Assembly (NCBI GenBank): GCA_002633005.1
Contig: NMRA01000439.1
Span: 310,001-374,000 of the forward strand
Origin: Phoronis australis
Lineage: Eukaryota; Animalia; Phoronida
Direction of reading: 5' to 3'
DNA: 64,000 bases
In this document: positions 1-11,757 of the stretch, piece by piece
How the letters are laid out: each line of letters begins with the position of its first letter
Position numbering within the stretch: position 1 is the stretch's first letter
Made by a program: the position numbers and the translations under genes
Notes under the pieces: generated by a model
The model's database searches: none
What the model was told of the DNA's origin: nothing
What the model saw: the letters and a program-made list of their open reading frames with translations, nothing else

Positions 1-802
1 AATCCAGTAATCAAGCGCCCTCTTTTGCACCTCGCCAGACAAAAAGTCCTGAAAATAACATTGACTTGTACGCGAGTCATGCTTAAAAGTTCTGGGGCAT
101 TTGAATCTCCACTTGTTGTGTTTAAACATCTTGGGTTGTTTGGCATGAAAAGTACATTGACACCTTCACCAGTCAAAAGTCAGGGCAACTTCCCGGTTTG
201 CGTACCTCGAAATCTGCCTCATTACTGAAAGACACCAGAAACATTATACCATAGGGCCAGGCATCTACGGGGCCCCCTATGGAAATGGCAAAGACAAGAA
301 AAAAGTTACAAAGTTGTTTTTAGGGCTTACACTGGCATTTTCCTTCAAAAGTTGTGGTTTGATCTCAAAAACATTAACTGCAATGGCCAAGTTCAGTTTT
401 CAATTTCGTGGAGGACTGTTATGAAAAATGTTGATTGCGAGAGCATTTGTTCAAACTGGAAGGACTTGAAGACTTCGCGTTGTCTCCAAAAGTGTCCAGT
501 TGCATTTGAACGATACAAAATTTACGGTAATGTCACTAATTGCCGGATAGTTTAGCCAACTTCAGCCAGGGTTTAGTAATTTTCAGAAAATCTTCTTGCA
601 CACAGATGGAGTTCTACCGCCCCAGTGATCCTACTAGCTGCCTTCACATGATTCTTGCATCTGGATAAAAGCTGCAGAGCAAAACAAATTTGGCGCAAAG
701 TTGGGGGTTTGGCTATTTGAAACATGCACATATAGCGAGTATAATGAATAATTATCATCAAGACATTATACTCACACTGGCCAACTGGGACACTTGTGGA
801 CT

Positions 803-861
803 TAGGCAATGACCATCGCCTCTGTTGGCCTCGGGCCAACAGAGGCGATGGTCATTGCCTA
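803..861. repeat. Perfect 28-bp inverted repeat with a 3-nt loop
   Basis: TAGGCAATGACCATCGCCTCTGTTGGCC-tcg-GGCCAACAGAGGCGATGGTCATTGCCTA; TGTGGACT direct repeats at 795-802 and 866-873. Confidence 0.9.
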
Positions 862-1552
862 TGCCTGTGGACTAAGACTAAGAGCAAGATTCAAAAAGAA
901 CTAGTTTCAAATGTGTTTTACAACATCCCCAGATAAGCCACTATGAGGAGTTACCCCTCCAAGCCCAAAATGCTACACTTTTAGCGCCATGAAAGAGCAC
1001 GATATCTGAAAGACCAATAATGTTGTCACTGATTCTTCTACTCATAAAGTCATCTCGCTCATGTCACGCGCCTATCACCACGTCCACGGCTTGTAAAAGT
1101 TGTAGTGTTAGGCGATCACAGCGCTCGACAGTCACAGTGAAGCAAGCAGTCAGTGCCTGTCCACTCAGTGACGCTTTTTATATCGTGAACCACACCACTA
1201 CGGTCGTGGTATAGGCTTAACTGTACCAAAAGTGCCTTATTCCTTGTTGCATATTGCTGATCGGTTCATAACGTTGCCAGTACAGACCTGACATCACGAG
1301 CGAGTTTCTCTATTCACACTTACCGCTTCGGCTTTGTTCACTATTGTTGTCAACGCCCCCGATCGGCCGGCGCAGAGGCTGTTCGCTTCATCCCAGTTCC
1401 ATCTAGACGAACTGAAGAAGTAGCAATTATTTTTGTATGGGATCCATCCCTGGGGACAGCGAGGAATTTGACCATCAACTGAAATAGATTAAATACTATA
1501 CTTAACGTGGGAAATATTCATTCATACAAGTCGCCGGACTCTCGCTGCCGAC

Positions 1553-1703
1553 ATTAATAGCCATCAGGTGAGCGGAGGGACTGAGAGCCCGGCGCGCTCT
1601 CAGTGGACGGTGGCCGTCCAGTGACGGCCGGAGTGGGTTCATTCACTGAGTGTCCGCTTTAATAATCGACGCAATTCATTAACTGTCCTTGATGGCTAAT
1701 AAT
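1553..1703. repeat. Multibranched nested inverted repeats
   Basis: TAGCCATCA/TGATGGCTA encloses AGCGGA/TCCGCT, ACTGAGAGC/GCTCTCAGT and GGCCGTC/GACGGCC. Confidence 0.65.
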
Positions 1704-4700
1704 TTCACGAGGGCACTCCATATTTGGCGGAGTTGAACCCCTGAGATACTGCCGAACTTATCAAACATTCGAAACCCTAGTACAAGCCTTTACGATCATC
1801 GCTGATTCTTTTGGGACGGAACACAATATGAAACACTTCCGTAGAGTTAGAAGAAAAAAACACGTATAGTTCCAAATCCATTAAGTGAACCATTCGTTCG
1901 GGAATAAAACTGGAAAGGGTCCCGTCAGTCGTTAGAAAAAATCGCTCATCGGAGCAGCAGATCCAGGCCGTTCATGTCAACATCGACCCGAAAAAATTTT
2001 CCTTTCTTCCGAGAACTGACAGCTTCTTATAGCCACGAATTTCACAGCACAAAACAAACTAATTTTGCAAAATTATTAAACTGACCAACAAAAGGACAAA
2101 ATTGGTTTTAGATTGCATCACGTGATTCATGCCTTCCAAATTTCCCTAAAAGATTCCGCCCCAAATCCCTTCAGTCGAAGAAAACAGTGCCGTTTCCGTG
2201 AGGGGCGATCACCCCTATAGCCTTAGTATCCCCTCAATCAACGACGCCATAGCAGCATAGCAGCATGCCATACAGTAAGACAAATGATATGGTTGTTTTG
2301 AGCTCAACATGATCAGCGATGACAGGAGGCGGAGCCTACAGATGCGACGCACGTTGTTGCTCCCACGACTGCACACAAGTAAACCGTTGAGTGCGTAGCA
2401 ATAACAGACAGTACTGTGAACTCTCCTGAATCTAGGGTATTTCAGAAAACGAATGCGTACAAAACAACACAATAACATGTTTATAAGTGTCGCAGTCCCT
2501 ACTGAAGTGTCAAAACATCTTTTTGGTCACCCAAAATTGACCGGCATATCATGCTTATTGCTCCACTGGCTAAAAGGATGTCAAGCATATTTTTTCCAAA
2601 AAATGATCCCCGGTTATCTAAAAAGACATTTTAGTTCATGATAATTGATCGACGGTATCTTTCAAGGAGTACTAGTCATGATGATGGAACAAGAACATAT
2701 TGTTCTCGAAAATGTAAACCGGGTTATTGACAAAAAGATGAAAAGATGTTCAGTATTCAATAATACTTCGTTGACATGCAAAAACAACTGGAACACTTCG
2801 TTGGCCTAAACATGAACCACACGTTTCGGTGGGCCAACTTGAACATAAATTTAAAACAATAATTTGAGAGACGATAGGTTGTATGCACGTGTGAGGCGAG
2901 ATTAAGAGGCGGGCTCTGCGGAAAAAAATCAAACTCTTAAGAAGCCCACTAGGTAGCCCCTCCACGCAATTCTTAAATCACTAATTGATGACCATTTTTA
3001 GGGATCGATTTCAAGAAGAAAAGCTCTCCTTTTGACGGAAGCAAATGTGGTCGAGAAAAACCACCCGAGAAGCATGTTCCATGCAGTCTTTCTATGAAAG
3101 TATCCCATCATTGCGGCCGAGAAGATGTTAGTGAGATGGCCTCCCAGGTGAAGAATCCATGCCAGGATTATCCTATGCAGAACATATCGAACCCGCTGAT
3201 TTTCTGTAGTCATTTGATGAACGGAGATCTTTCTCATTTGTTGTTTTGGATACCAGTGACACTTTTGGACGATTTTTATTATTTCACATCAGATATAAGG
3301 GTAACTGTCACTTTAAAGGGGTTCCGCATTTTGAGAACCAGTTTTCTCCACTGAATAGGTTATCAATCTGGTTCTCAGAATGCAGGGGGTCCTGTAAGCG
3401 AATATTGCCGAAATAAGAAAAGAAGAGAAATAATTAATTCTCTAGCCATATCTCCGATAACTGAAGCTGTATTGGCAGTGTTAGCCCGATCCCATGATGT
3501 TTGTGATAAAACTTATCTTGGATCAACACATGCCTACCTTGTACAAAAGGTTAAAGTTCTGCATAGTTCTTTGCCTTGATATTTACACGAATCCGATTAC
3601 GCGATAGTTACATAAATTCGTCTTTCGTTAACACCATAGCTTGAAAACCTCTTGAGAAATACACGATTGTCTTAACGGGACCGTTCCGCAATACTCATGA
3701 ACTCAATCGCAAATTATAGACGAGAGTAATCAACGCAATCAACTGCAAAAATGCGTTTCAAATCTCAGAGTTTGTATCAGGGAAGGAATATTTTCCATAG
3801 CCAAACATTTAATCCAGAATTTAGGCAAAAGAGGGTCAACAATTCATCAGCTTGACTGGGTTGGCCAACCCTTCTAGCAATCGTCTGCTTCAAAACAAAC
3901 TGTTGTCACATCAAGGCATTTCTTTCAGACCATGTTACTAGAATTAATCAGCGACCAACATAAGGCAGTGATTAGATAGGAAGCAAGTGTGAGATCGTAT
4001 TGACATGGCTGCATACTTTGCCAAATATAAACAAAACTTCAGATTTAAACGCAGTGAAAGTACACGTTTTCTGAAAGTAGAAAACCCCCTAAAATATTTT
4101 CGACAACAGTGCATAAAGCATAGTATGTGATAGTTGCATAGGAATCCGAACAGCCATATATTTTCCGAGACTTGATATTTACAAGTTATCCAACTTTAAA
4201 TATTTTCTAGGGTTCTACATAACCTTTTTATAATTTTGTGTTTGTTTGAGTAACTGATCTACGTTCACGGTCATGTTTTCACTTTATCAAGGGCAACTGT
4301 CAGCCTTCAAAATATATGCGATATAGTTTACGTTTAGCCCCACCGCTATGTACCGAGACTAAATACATGGGCTCACACAGGGCGAGCTCGTTCGAGCCTC
4401 CCCCTAATTTGGCGAATTGGGCAAAAAGGTAAAAGGGTCCGCCTCAGTGAAAAAAATGTGCGAGTGAACGAGACAAAAGTCCACAAAATCCATGGGAAGT
4501 TGGCGCGGATGCACAATTCGTGGGCCTTAACTAGTGGTCCGGTTTTGTTTAGTCCTCGTTGATTTCTTTCCGTAAAAGGTCCGCATATCGAAGAAGTCGA
4601 GCCCCCCTATGTTTTAGGCTGAGTGCGCGCATTTGTCCATCCACCATCTTTGGTAACGCGTTGTACGTGTAACATACCGTGAGAATGATGAGTTTTGGAT

Positions 4701-4749
4701 TAACATTACAACTGAATTTGGGGGTAACACTGCTTACTTGAAGTTTAAT

Positions 4750-5242
4750 GTTGTATAGGAACTTATAGACAAGCCTGTGCATTTAGACAAGGATACACAA
4801 AACTATAGTGTTTAACCAAGTAGAAGCACATATTTTCTGTGAAATTTGATTTTTACTTCATACCAATTTACTGTTAACAGGGTCCGTGGCCATTTCATTT
4901 TACTAAAAATTAGCGAAAAAGAAAGAAACATTCATAACAAAATGATAATATCAATAACATGACCAAAGTCTTCATACAAATATTCCCGACGAAATCTCAA
5001 AAACGCTAAATTATCATTTCATTTTTAGTTTATTCAACTTTTGAGTTTTTTATGGAAACCAAAGAGACCAAAACTTCAATAGCCCATCATGCAAAAGTGG
5101 AATATCTTAAAAGCAATCCCTAAAAAGGTGGCAAACTGTGCATAAGGCATAGTATGAGAAAATTTCATCTGAATTAGCTGAGCCATTTCTGGGATATGAT
5201 GTTCCGATATTGGACATTTTTCTAGAGTCCTACATAAAATTA
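4750..5242. mobile_element. Diverged copy of the Kolobok-like family at 10993-11496
   Basis: Colinear shared blocks (ACATATTTTCTG, GAAAT.TGATT, ATCAATAACATGA, GAAATCTCAAAAAC, GTCCTACATAA). Confidence 0.58.
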
Positions 5243-6648
5243 ACGAGATCCGGAAATTTCAATACATGGTTGTTGTTGATAAGACGCACTCTATATCGTG
5301 TATAAGCGTATATGGTTGTATTGCCATGTTACTGAGTCAAGTACCACGCAAACAAGACATTGTCGACCCCGACGGACCAGCGAACCTTATTGCCGTTCAC
5401 GCTTTCTCGAGCAGGAGTGTGGATCACATTTTTTAAGGCCTCAAAATATCACACATAATTGTGGAAACTAAGTCAAAATAGCCTAAACGGCGACGAGATA
5501 TCTCACCGACACGGCGAAAAAAAGTCAGCATTATCGACATTTTCGTTGTCAAAGTAAAAGTTTATAAATGTCTGTGCATTCGCAAAAAGTGACATGATTG
5601 GTTGCCGACAAAACGAATTTTTTTTTTACCGCTGAGCAAAATTTTGGTGGGCGGATAGCATACAGCCCAGACACCGGGTAGGGAATGAGCCTAAGAATTT
5701 AAAGTTAGAAAAATATCGTGATATCTATTATGCATGAGCTTGAATGACGACATGTCCAAGACCACTCAAGCGTGGGTTCGGAAAATACGCCTCACATGGC
5801 CCTGTTGAAGAGCTGCACAACGTTACATAACCACATCACATGACTTGGGTCTACAGCAGACCGTGTGTTCGTATGGAAAACGTGGTCAACTCACCTGAAT
5901 ATAACAAAATAGACAGCAAAAGGAGCACAGCTAGCGCCATAGTGTGAAGTAGTCATATATATGTGAGAGATTCCCTTCCTGCGTGCACGCGTACTTGCCA
6001 GAAACACCTCCTCCTGCCGGGACCACGGCAAGTGTATATATTTGGGGGTGTGTGCGAAGGAAGATGCTCGCTTAATAGTGACTCTTACAAATAAAGTAGA
6101 GGTTTTTATCTGCGATGAACTCCGAACGTCATGTGACGATTCACTCCTATCTCTGTGTGATTTAGTACAGATAGTCCACCGTCTTCACGGCCATCCCATT
6201 GTATCTGCGACGTGTGTGATGCATGTCGGGGGGTGAGGGTGGTGCAGCTTGATGGATGGGCTCGAAAAAGGGGATCCAGTGGTTGGCAGCTTCCATGAAG
6301 TAATCACCTTTTTCTTGGAGTTTTGATCCAGATGAATCACCGTCTTGAAGAGTTTAAATTCATAAACCTAAACTTTCGTAGGGATTCTTGCCTGATAGTT
6401 GTACCCACAGAGTTTGAAACGATACAAGAAGATATACCATCAACTTAAAAACGTATGCACCTTATGCAACAAAAATTTAAAATGTGTAAACGTCTATTGA
6501 TTTTTGTAGTTGGAGTTGGGAGGAGTTTTTTTGCACAGTTTTGAACACTCAAATGAAACTTTTTGGAATCAAATCGGGTAAACATTTCCCTTCCGCAGTG
6601 AGTATCCCCGGAATGAACGCAACTGCTGTAAATTTTATTTTGCAAGTT

Positions 6649-8071
6649 GTGACAAGGTTTGATATCAAGCCGAGGTCGCATTTACTAACAATTCTGCCGA
6701 ATAACCATATTTTGAAGTGGGATTTCGGTGCTTTTCAGCTGTCAATGGGGTTTGAAAACATTTTCACCCTCCTCCGATATTCATATTCAAGTGTTACCGA
6801 ATGAGCCGGCAGTTCAAGCCACAGGAAGGCGTACCTGCGCCATTTTCGATTTCGCAATTTTAGGGTTGGCCAACCCCATTAAACTCTAAAGCACGTTAAA
6901 GGCGAAGGCAACTTTTTTCCATGTCATTTTGAGCTAAAATAAGGTTGGTTGGTTATCCTAAACATATTTTCCACTCAATTACAGCTTTTCGTAATTTTAT
7001 TAATTACTCGTCCGCTACTTCGGAAGTGACGTTTTAGGAGGCAAGCATTTAGCGCCAATTTCTTTTCATATAGTCTGACTGTGAGAGCTGCCGAGTCAGT
7101 CATTGTTCTACCTAGGTTGGCCTCTTGGGGTCGTAACCTGCAAGAAGTCTACGCGGACCAGCCTGAACGTGGCATCTGAAAGTTTCATAAGTCCCAGCTT
7201 CTTGTTTTTTGGGGGCACTAAGTGTTACTGCAGACGCAATCATTCATATTGCCTGTGTATATTAGGTATTGTTCCTGTTGTACTCATTTTGAAGTACCCC
7301 CCAGATTGTGAACTTGTCACGTGGTACTGACATTTAAAAGCGTTTTACCCGCCAGTTCCATTCATTCGTATTTCGTATCTGTGTGCAGTGTATGCATCTC
7401 ATTGGTTTCGTCGTCGAGATTGCAGGGTTTTCATGATGTAAGTAGTGTTCTTTTGCTTATCGTTATATTCTGGTTTGTGCAATGCATTCTCTCGTGTCCC
7501 GTGTAGTTTCAGTANGTGACAAGGTTTGATATCAAGCCGAGGTCGCATTTACTAACAAGTCTGCCGAATAACCATATTTTGAAGTGGGATTTCGGTGCTT
7601 TTCAGCTGTCAATGGGGTTTGAAAACATTTTCACCCTCATCCGATATTCATGTTCAAGTGTTGCCGAATGAGCCGGCAGTTCAAGCCACAGGAAGGCGTA
7701 CCTGCGCCATTTTCGATTTCTCAATTTTATGGTTGGCCCACCCCATTAAACTCTAAAGCATTTTCATGAGTCACTGATGGTTTCGATGGCCTTGTCAGTG
7801 AGTTACGGAAACAGAATCCTATCACTGCAAGGAAAATCGTGAAACCAATGTTCTGAGACTAGAAAGCCGACGTGTAATTCGACGGGATGTAATTTTAGCA
7901 AACGCGTACCAGCCAAATGACTGAGAAGACTTTGTTCTGCCCTAGCGAAATGTATTTTTGGAAGTGCTGGCCTCTTGGGGTCGTAACCTGCAAGAAGTCT
8001 ACGCGGACCAGCCTGAACGTGGCATCTGAAAGTTTCATAAATCCCAGCCTCTTGTTTTTTGGGGCTCTAAG
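6649..8071. repeat. Local duplication: 6649-6893 = 7516-7760 and 7118-7222 = 7968-8071
   Basis: Near-identical blocks with a few substitutions; the second copy starts right after the N at 7515. Confidence 0.85.
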
Positions 8072-9575
8072 CATACTGGGAGTCTCGAAACTGAATTTTG
8101 CTTGTGCGACAACGGAGACAGTTTGTACGTTAAACAGTCATTTCATTCTTATTCACTACAAATAGCCCCGTTTCATCATCGGTAGTAGATAAGACCGTCG
8201 TAGGCACGTTATTGCGAACGTGACACTGCTTTTTATTATAGAAAAATTTTGTAACTGACGCCAAATTCATAGTTTTCATACTCATACCCAAACACCTCTT
8301 TCACAAACCACGTGTTGTAATTGTGTGCAGATTGAAATTGAAGTTACCTCCGTCTTTGCCAAGGGTCCTTACACAGTTTTGCGTACAAAAATCCTGATGA
8401 GTTCCTTATAACGTTTTCATTACGCAGCGGTGAGCTGAAAATCTCATTTTAATGAGTTTGACTTATGTGTGTATCTAGTGTACAAATAACAAAATACGCG
8501 TATGAATTGTATTTGCATTTCCAAACACTATTTTTCCTTGCTGCCAAAAGCTGCGTATATGGAGGGCGCTTGCCGAGCGTGTTCCTTATCCACACAGACT
8601 TACGCCGACTGCGCATGCCTGACGAAATGCGTCCACATTCTCTAAGACAAGCTTTCGTTTTTTCCTTTGTTTCAATTCAGACCTACGTCAATTTAAATGT
8701 AGTAAGGAATGTTTTTCGGGTATTTTTTTTTTCAAATGCTTTTTGTTTTGACAGCAAGAAGAGTACAAGGCACCAAACAATTTGACCTGTCAACAAAATG
8801 TTGATTGTAAAGGGCAAATTTATTGTAAGAATGTCCTTGAGCGAAAATTAGATTACTTGGCTTAGTGAACTTATATCTCTTGCTCTCCCCCTACATGTCA
8901 CTTTCGGCGAAACGTTATTTTTATTCCAAGAAAAACAAAATCAATTATTGATCTTTGTAAATCAGCGCGTGGTCAAAAGATTATACGTCACGTGATGAGA
9001 ATTAATTATTTTGATTCTATTTGCGCACAGCACGTTTGGAAGCTCTCCTGCAACCCGGGAGGTACTCTGTTATTTTTGAGAAATTAAGAGACCCACCCTG
9101 TTAAACAATAAGTACTCATTTATTGTTAGCTTACATGGAAAAAGTTAGCCTTTAGCAGAGGGTGCTTCTCACAACTTACCCCTGAATGATTATGTACTAA
9201 AATATTGAAATTCAACAAGCAACCCTTTGGATTAGAGTCCTGTTGCAAAATTGATGGGTCATTTTGTAGAGTTCGTTTCGTGGGGAATTCTAAACGAAAT
9301 GGCACCCTTTCGCAGGGATTAGTCGTGAATAACCTACCCAGCTGAGCGGCCGAAATGTTTTGAAAAAGGCAGGTCCTAACTCATTAGGTTAACCTTTTGT
9401 AGGGAATTTTAAGAGGAAAACGTGCCAACCAGTGAATCTGAGCGGCACGCCCCGTGCATGGTTAAAGTATCAGCCGTGGGTGTAAACAAGTGAATAAGTG
9501 TGAATGCGTATTGTGCGGCATCTCGCGGTACGCTAGATATTTTTTATCCAATACGCATGTCTAACTTTGCAGTGA

Positions 9576-9680
9576 CTTACAGGGGCCCGGGCTTTTGATA
9601 ACCCGACTCTGATGCCTGTTATTCAGTGTAGAAAACTGGTTCCCAAAAATGCTGGCCACCTGCAGGTGACTATTACAGGC
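9576..9680 (+). repeat. Dispersed repeat, inverted copy at ~3301-3398
   Basis: TATTCAGTGTAGAAAACTGGTTCCCAAAA matches the reverse complement of TTTTGAGAACCAGTTTTCTCCACTGAATA. Confidence 0.6.
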
Positions 9681-10992
9681 ATGTTGATATATCCCACATA
9701 CTGAGTGTCACTATGTAACAAAAGGTAGGATGTTCATCTCGTGACCAATGGACCCTAAGCTAGGACACTGAGGACGCCACAGAATGCATCTGAAAACAAT
9801 CTCTAGAATTACGTACAGCGGAAAGCAAGGTCACATTCTTCATACTAAAGATGCGAACCCCTAATCAACAACCATGTTTATACAAGGTTGATAATTTCGA
9901 TGTCATATCGCTGATTTATTCTGCTATTGTAGTCCCGTGAAGGCTTGTTATCGTATAGTCCTAACTTCAATCGGAAATTCCGAATCCGGAGTGTTCCCTC
10001 CTTCACTGAGCATGCGTGGCAAGCCACTAATTAGACCAAAGGCCACTTTGGAAGGGTTGAATTATATTATTAGTGGCCGAAAGTGTAACCGAGACTTACA
10101 ATGGGGTTGCAAACGTCTGGAAAATCTATCGCATGGTAGATATTTCGAATCCTCAGCGAGATGCTCCGTGTGAAGTTGTAGCGAATAATCCCCGAAACTG
10201 CTAGAAAGCGCGGCGTTGTCAAAGGTTGTGACGCCTCGGTATTCCTATCGCTGCGTTCGTGGTGTGAAAGACAAATTAACCTGACACAACAGTCGCGCGC
10301 TTCGGCCGTGGACCTTAGATCCACTGTGCTCTTCCTGTAACCATGTGAGAGGAGCAACTTCATTTTTTCCGTGTGACTAGATACTTCTTCAAGCATTTGA
10401 AATTCGAAAAGTCCCCGCTACACATTTTTTTTTTCTAAAAACATTATTCATCAAGAGGTAGTATTGTATGCTGCCTCTTCATACAGTTCAAGCTTAGAAA
10501 TTGAGACGGTTTTCAAGGTTATATTCATTAACATATCTGATGATGAAAAACGAAACTTAAACTGTGAAAGTCTTCACCCGCCCCCCGCCTCCGTGCTAAC
10601 CAATTCTTTCATAAATTTGGGTGTCATTCCAAGGTGTGTTCATGCGGAGGGTCAAAAGTTTTCTGCTAGTCGTCTATTAATTCCTGTAGCAAAACTTTTA
10701 CATTCACCAATAACCCAAATTCTTATCATGTTTGTTGAAACAAAAGCATCTACCCTGAGAACCAATAGATGTGTGGAAAATATTCAACCATGGCGGTTTT
10801 ACGGGATTTGGAATCAAATCGTTCACACTGGCTGCATCCTGTCTCATAGAGACCAATTATAAGTCCTTCACCTTATCCATAAGCCGAAAGATGTCAAAGG
10901 CGAAACAAGATTAATACTAGTGCAGCCTCTGGGGGCTCGGCGGGGTCATGAACCCTGGTCTTCATTAACAAGCTCCCCCAGTCAAAACATGT

Positions 10993-11496
10993 TTAAGGTT
11001 GCGTAGAACCTTATCGACTTGTCAGCGTAATTAGTCAAATATATACAAAACCATAGATTTTAACTCACTAAAAGTACATATTTTCTGGAAACAGAAAGCC
11101 TGTAGAAATTGATTTGTTGACTTTATACCAATCTGGTTTTAGTTGGATCACGTGACTACGTCTTTTCAGTAAATTTACCAAAAGCGAAAGGTACATTCAT
11201 AGCAAAACAATGGTATCAATAACATGAACAAATTTTATTTGATACAAATGTACAAAATGAAATCTCAAAAACTCTGTAACAGTTTTCTTTATTATTATTT
11301 GGTTTTCGTTTTATGCCAAAGTTGATTTGTTTCCTGAAAATCATAAAAGTCCTATTGTTGATAGCCCTTTATGCGAAATTGGAAAAACACAATTCTTAAC
11401 AGTTTTTAGATCAGTATTTGAAAGATTCACATGAATCAGATCTGCCATTTTGCCAAATTTGGGGGTCGTTTTTCAAAGGTCCTACATAACCTTTAA
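10993..11496. mobile_element. Kolobok-like non-autonomous element (~500 bp) at TTAA sites
   Basis: TIRs AGGTTGCGTAGAACCTT / AAGGTCCTACATAACCT with TTAA at both ends; related copies at ~4020-4226, ~4750-5242 and ~59690-59880. Confidence 0.62.
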
Positions 11497-11655
11497 TTGC
11501 ACGCACCCTTGTTCATTGATAAACCATCAATCCCATGATTCTTGAGCCCTTATCTTCTTAAACCCGACCTCTTAGACACTGATTACGCTTATATGTAGAC
11601 TAACATATCCAAAGACGACAGTCCAGGGAAATTCTAAGGAACACGTTGAAAAGGA

Positions 11656-11757
11656 ATGGCTGACCAGCAGACGACGGTGCTTCATGCTGGTGACCTCACC
11701 GGCAGACGACTGAGGAACTTTAAGACAGGCTTGGTTTTATCTTCGTTCTTTGTTCTG
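11656..11757 (+). CDS. MFSD4-like transporter, exon 1 (MADQQTTV...LVLSSFFVL)
   Basis: ATG at 11656, 34 open codons ending in a hydrophobic stretch, donor CTG|GTAATG at 11758; phase 0 fits exon 2. Confidence 0.72.

Noticed and set aside
10538-10565. Hammerhead-like CTGATGA..GAAAC
   Set aside because: Stem II is only one base pair and there is no stem I; likely a chance match.
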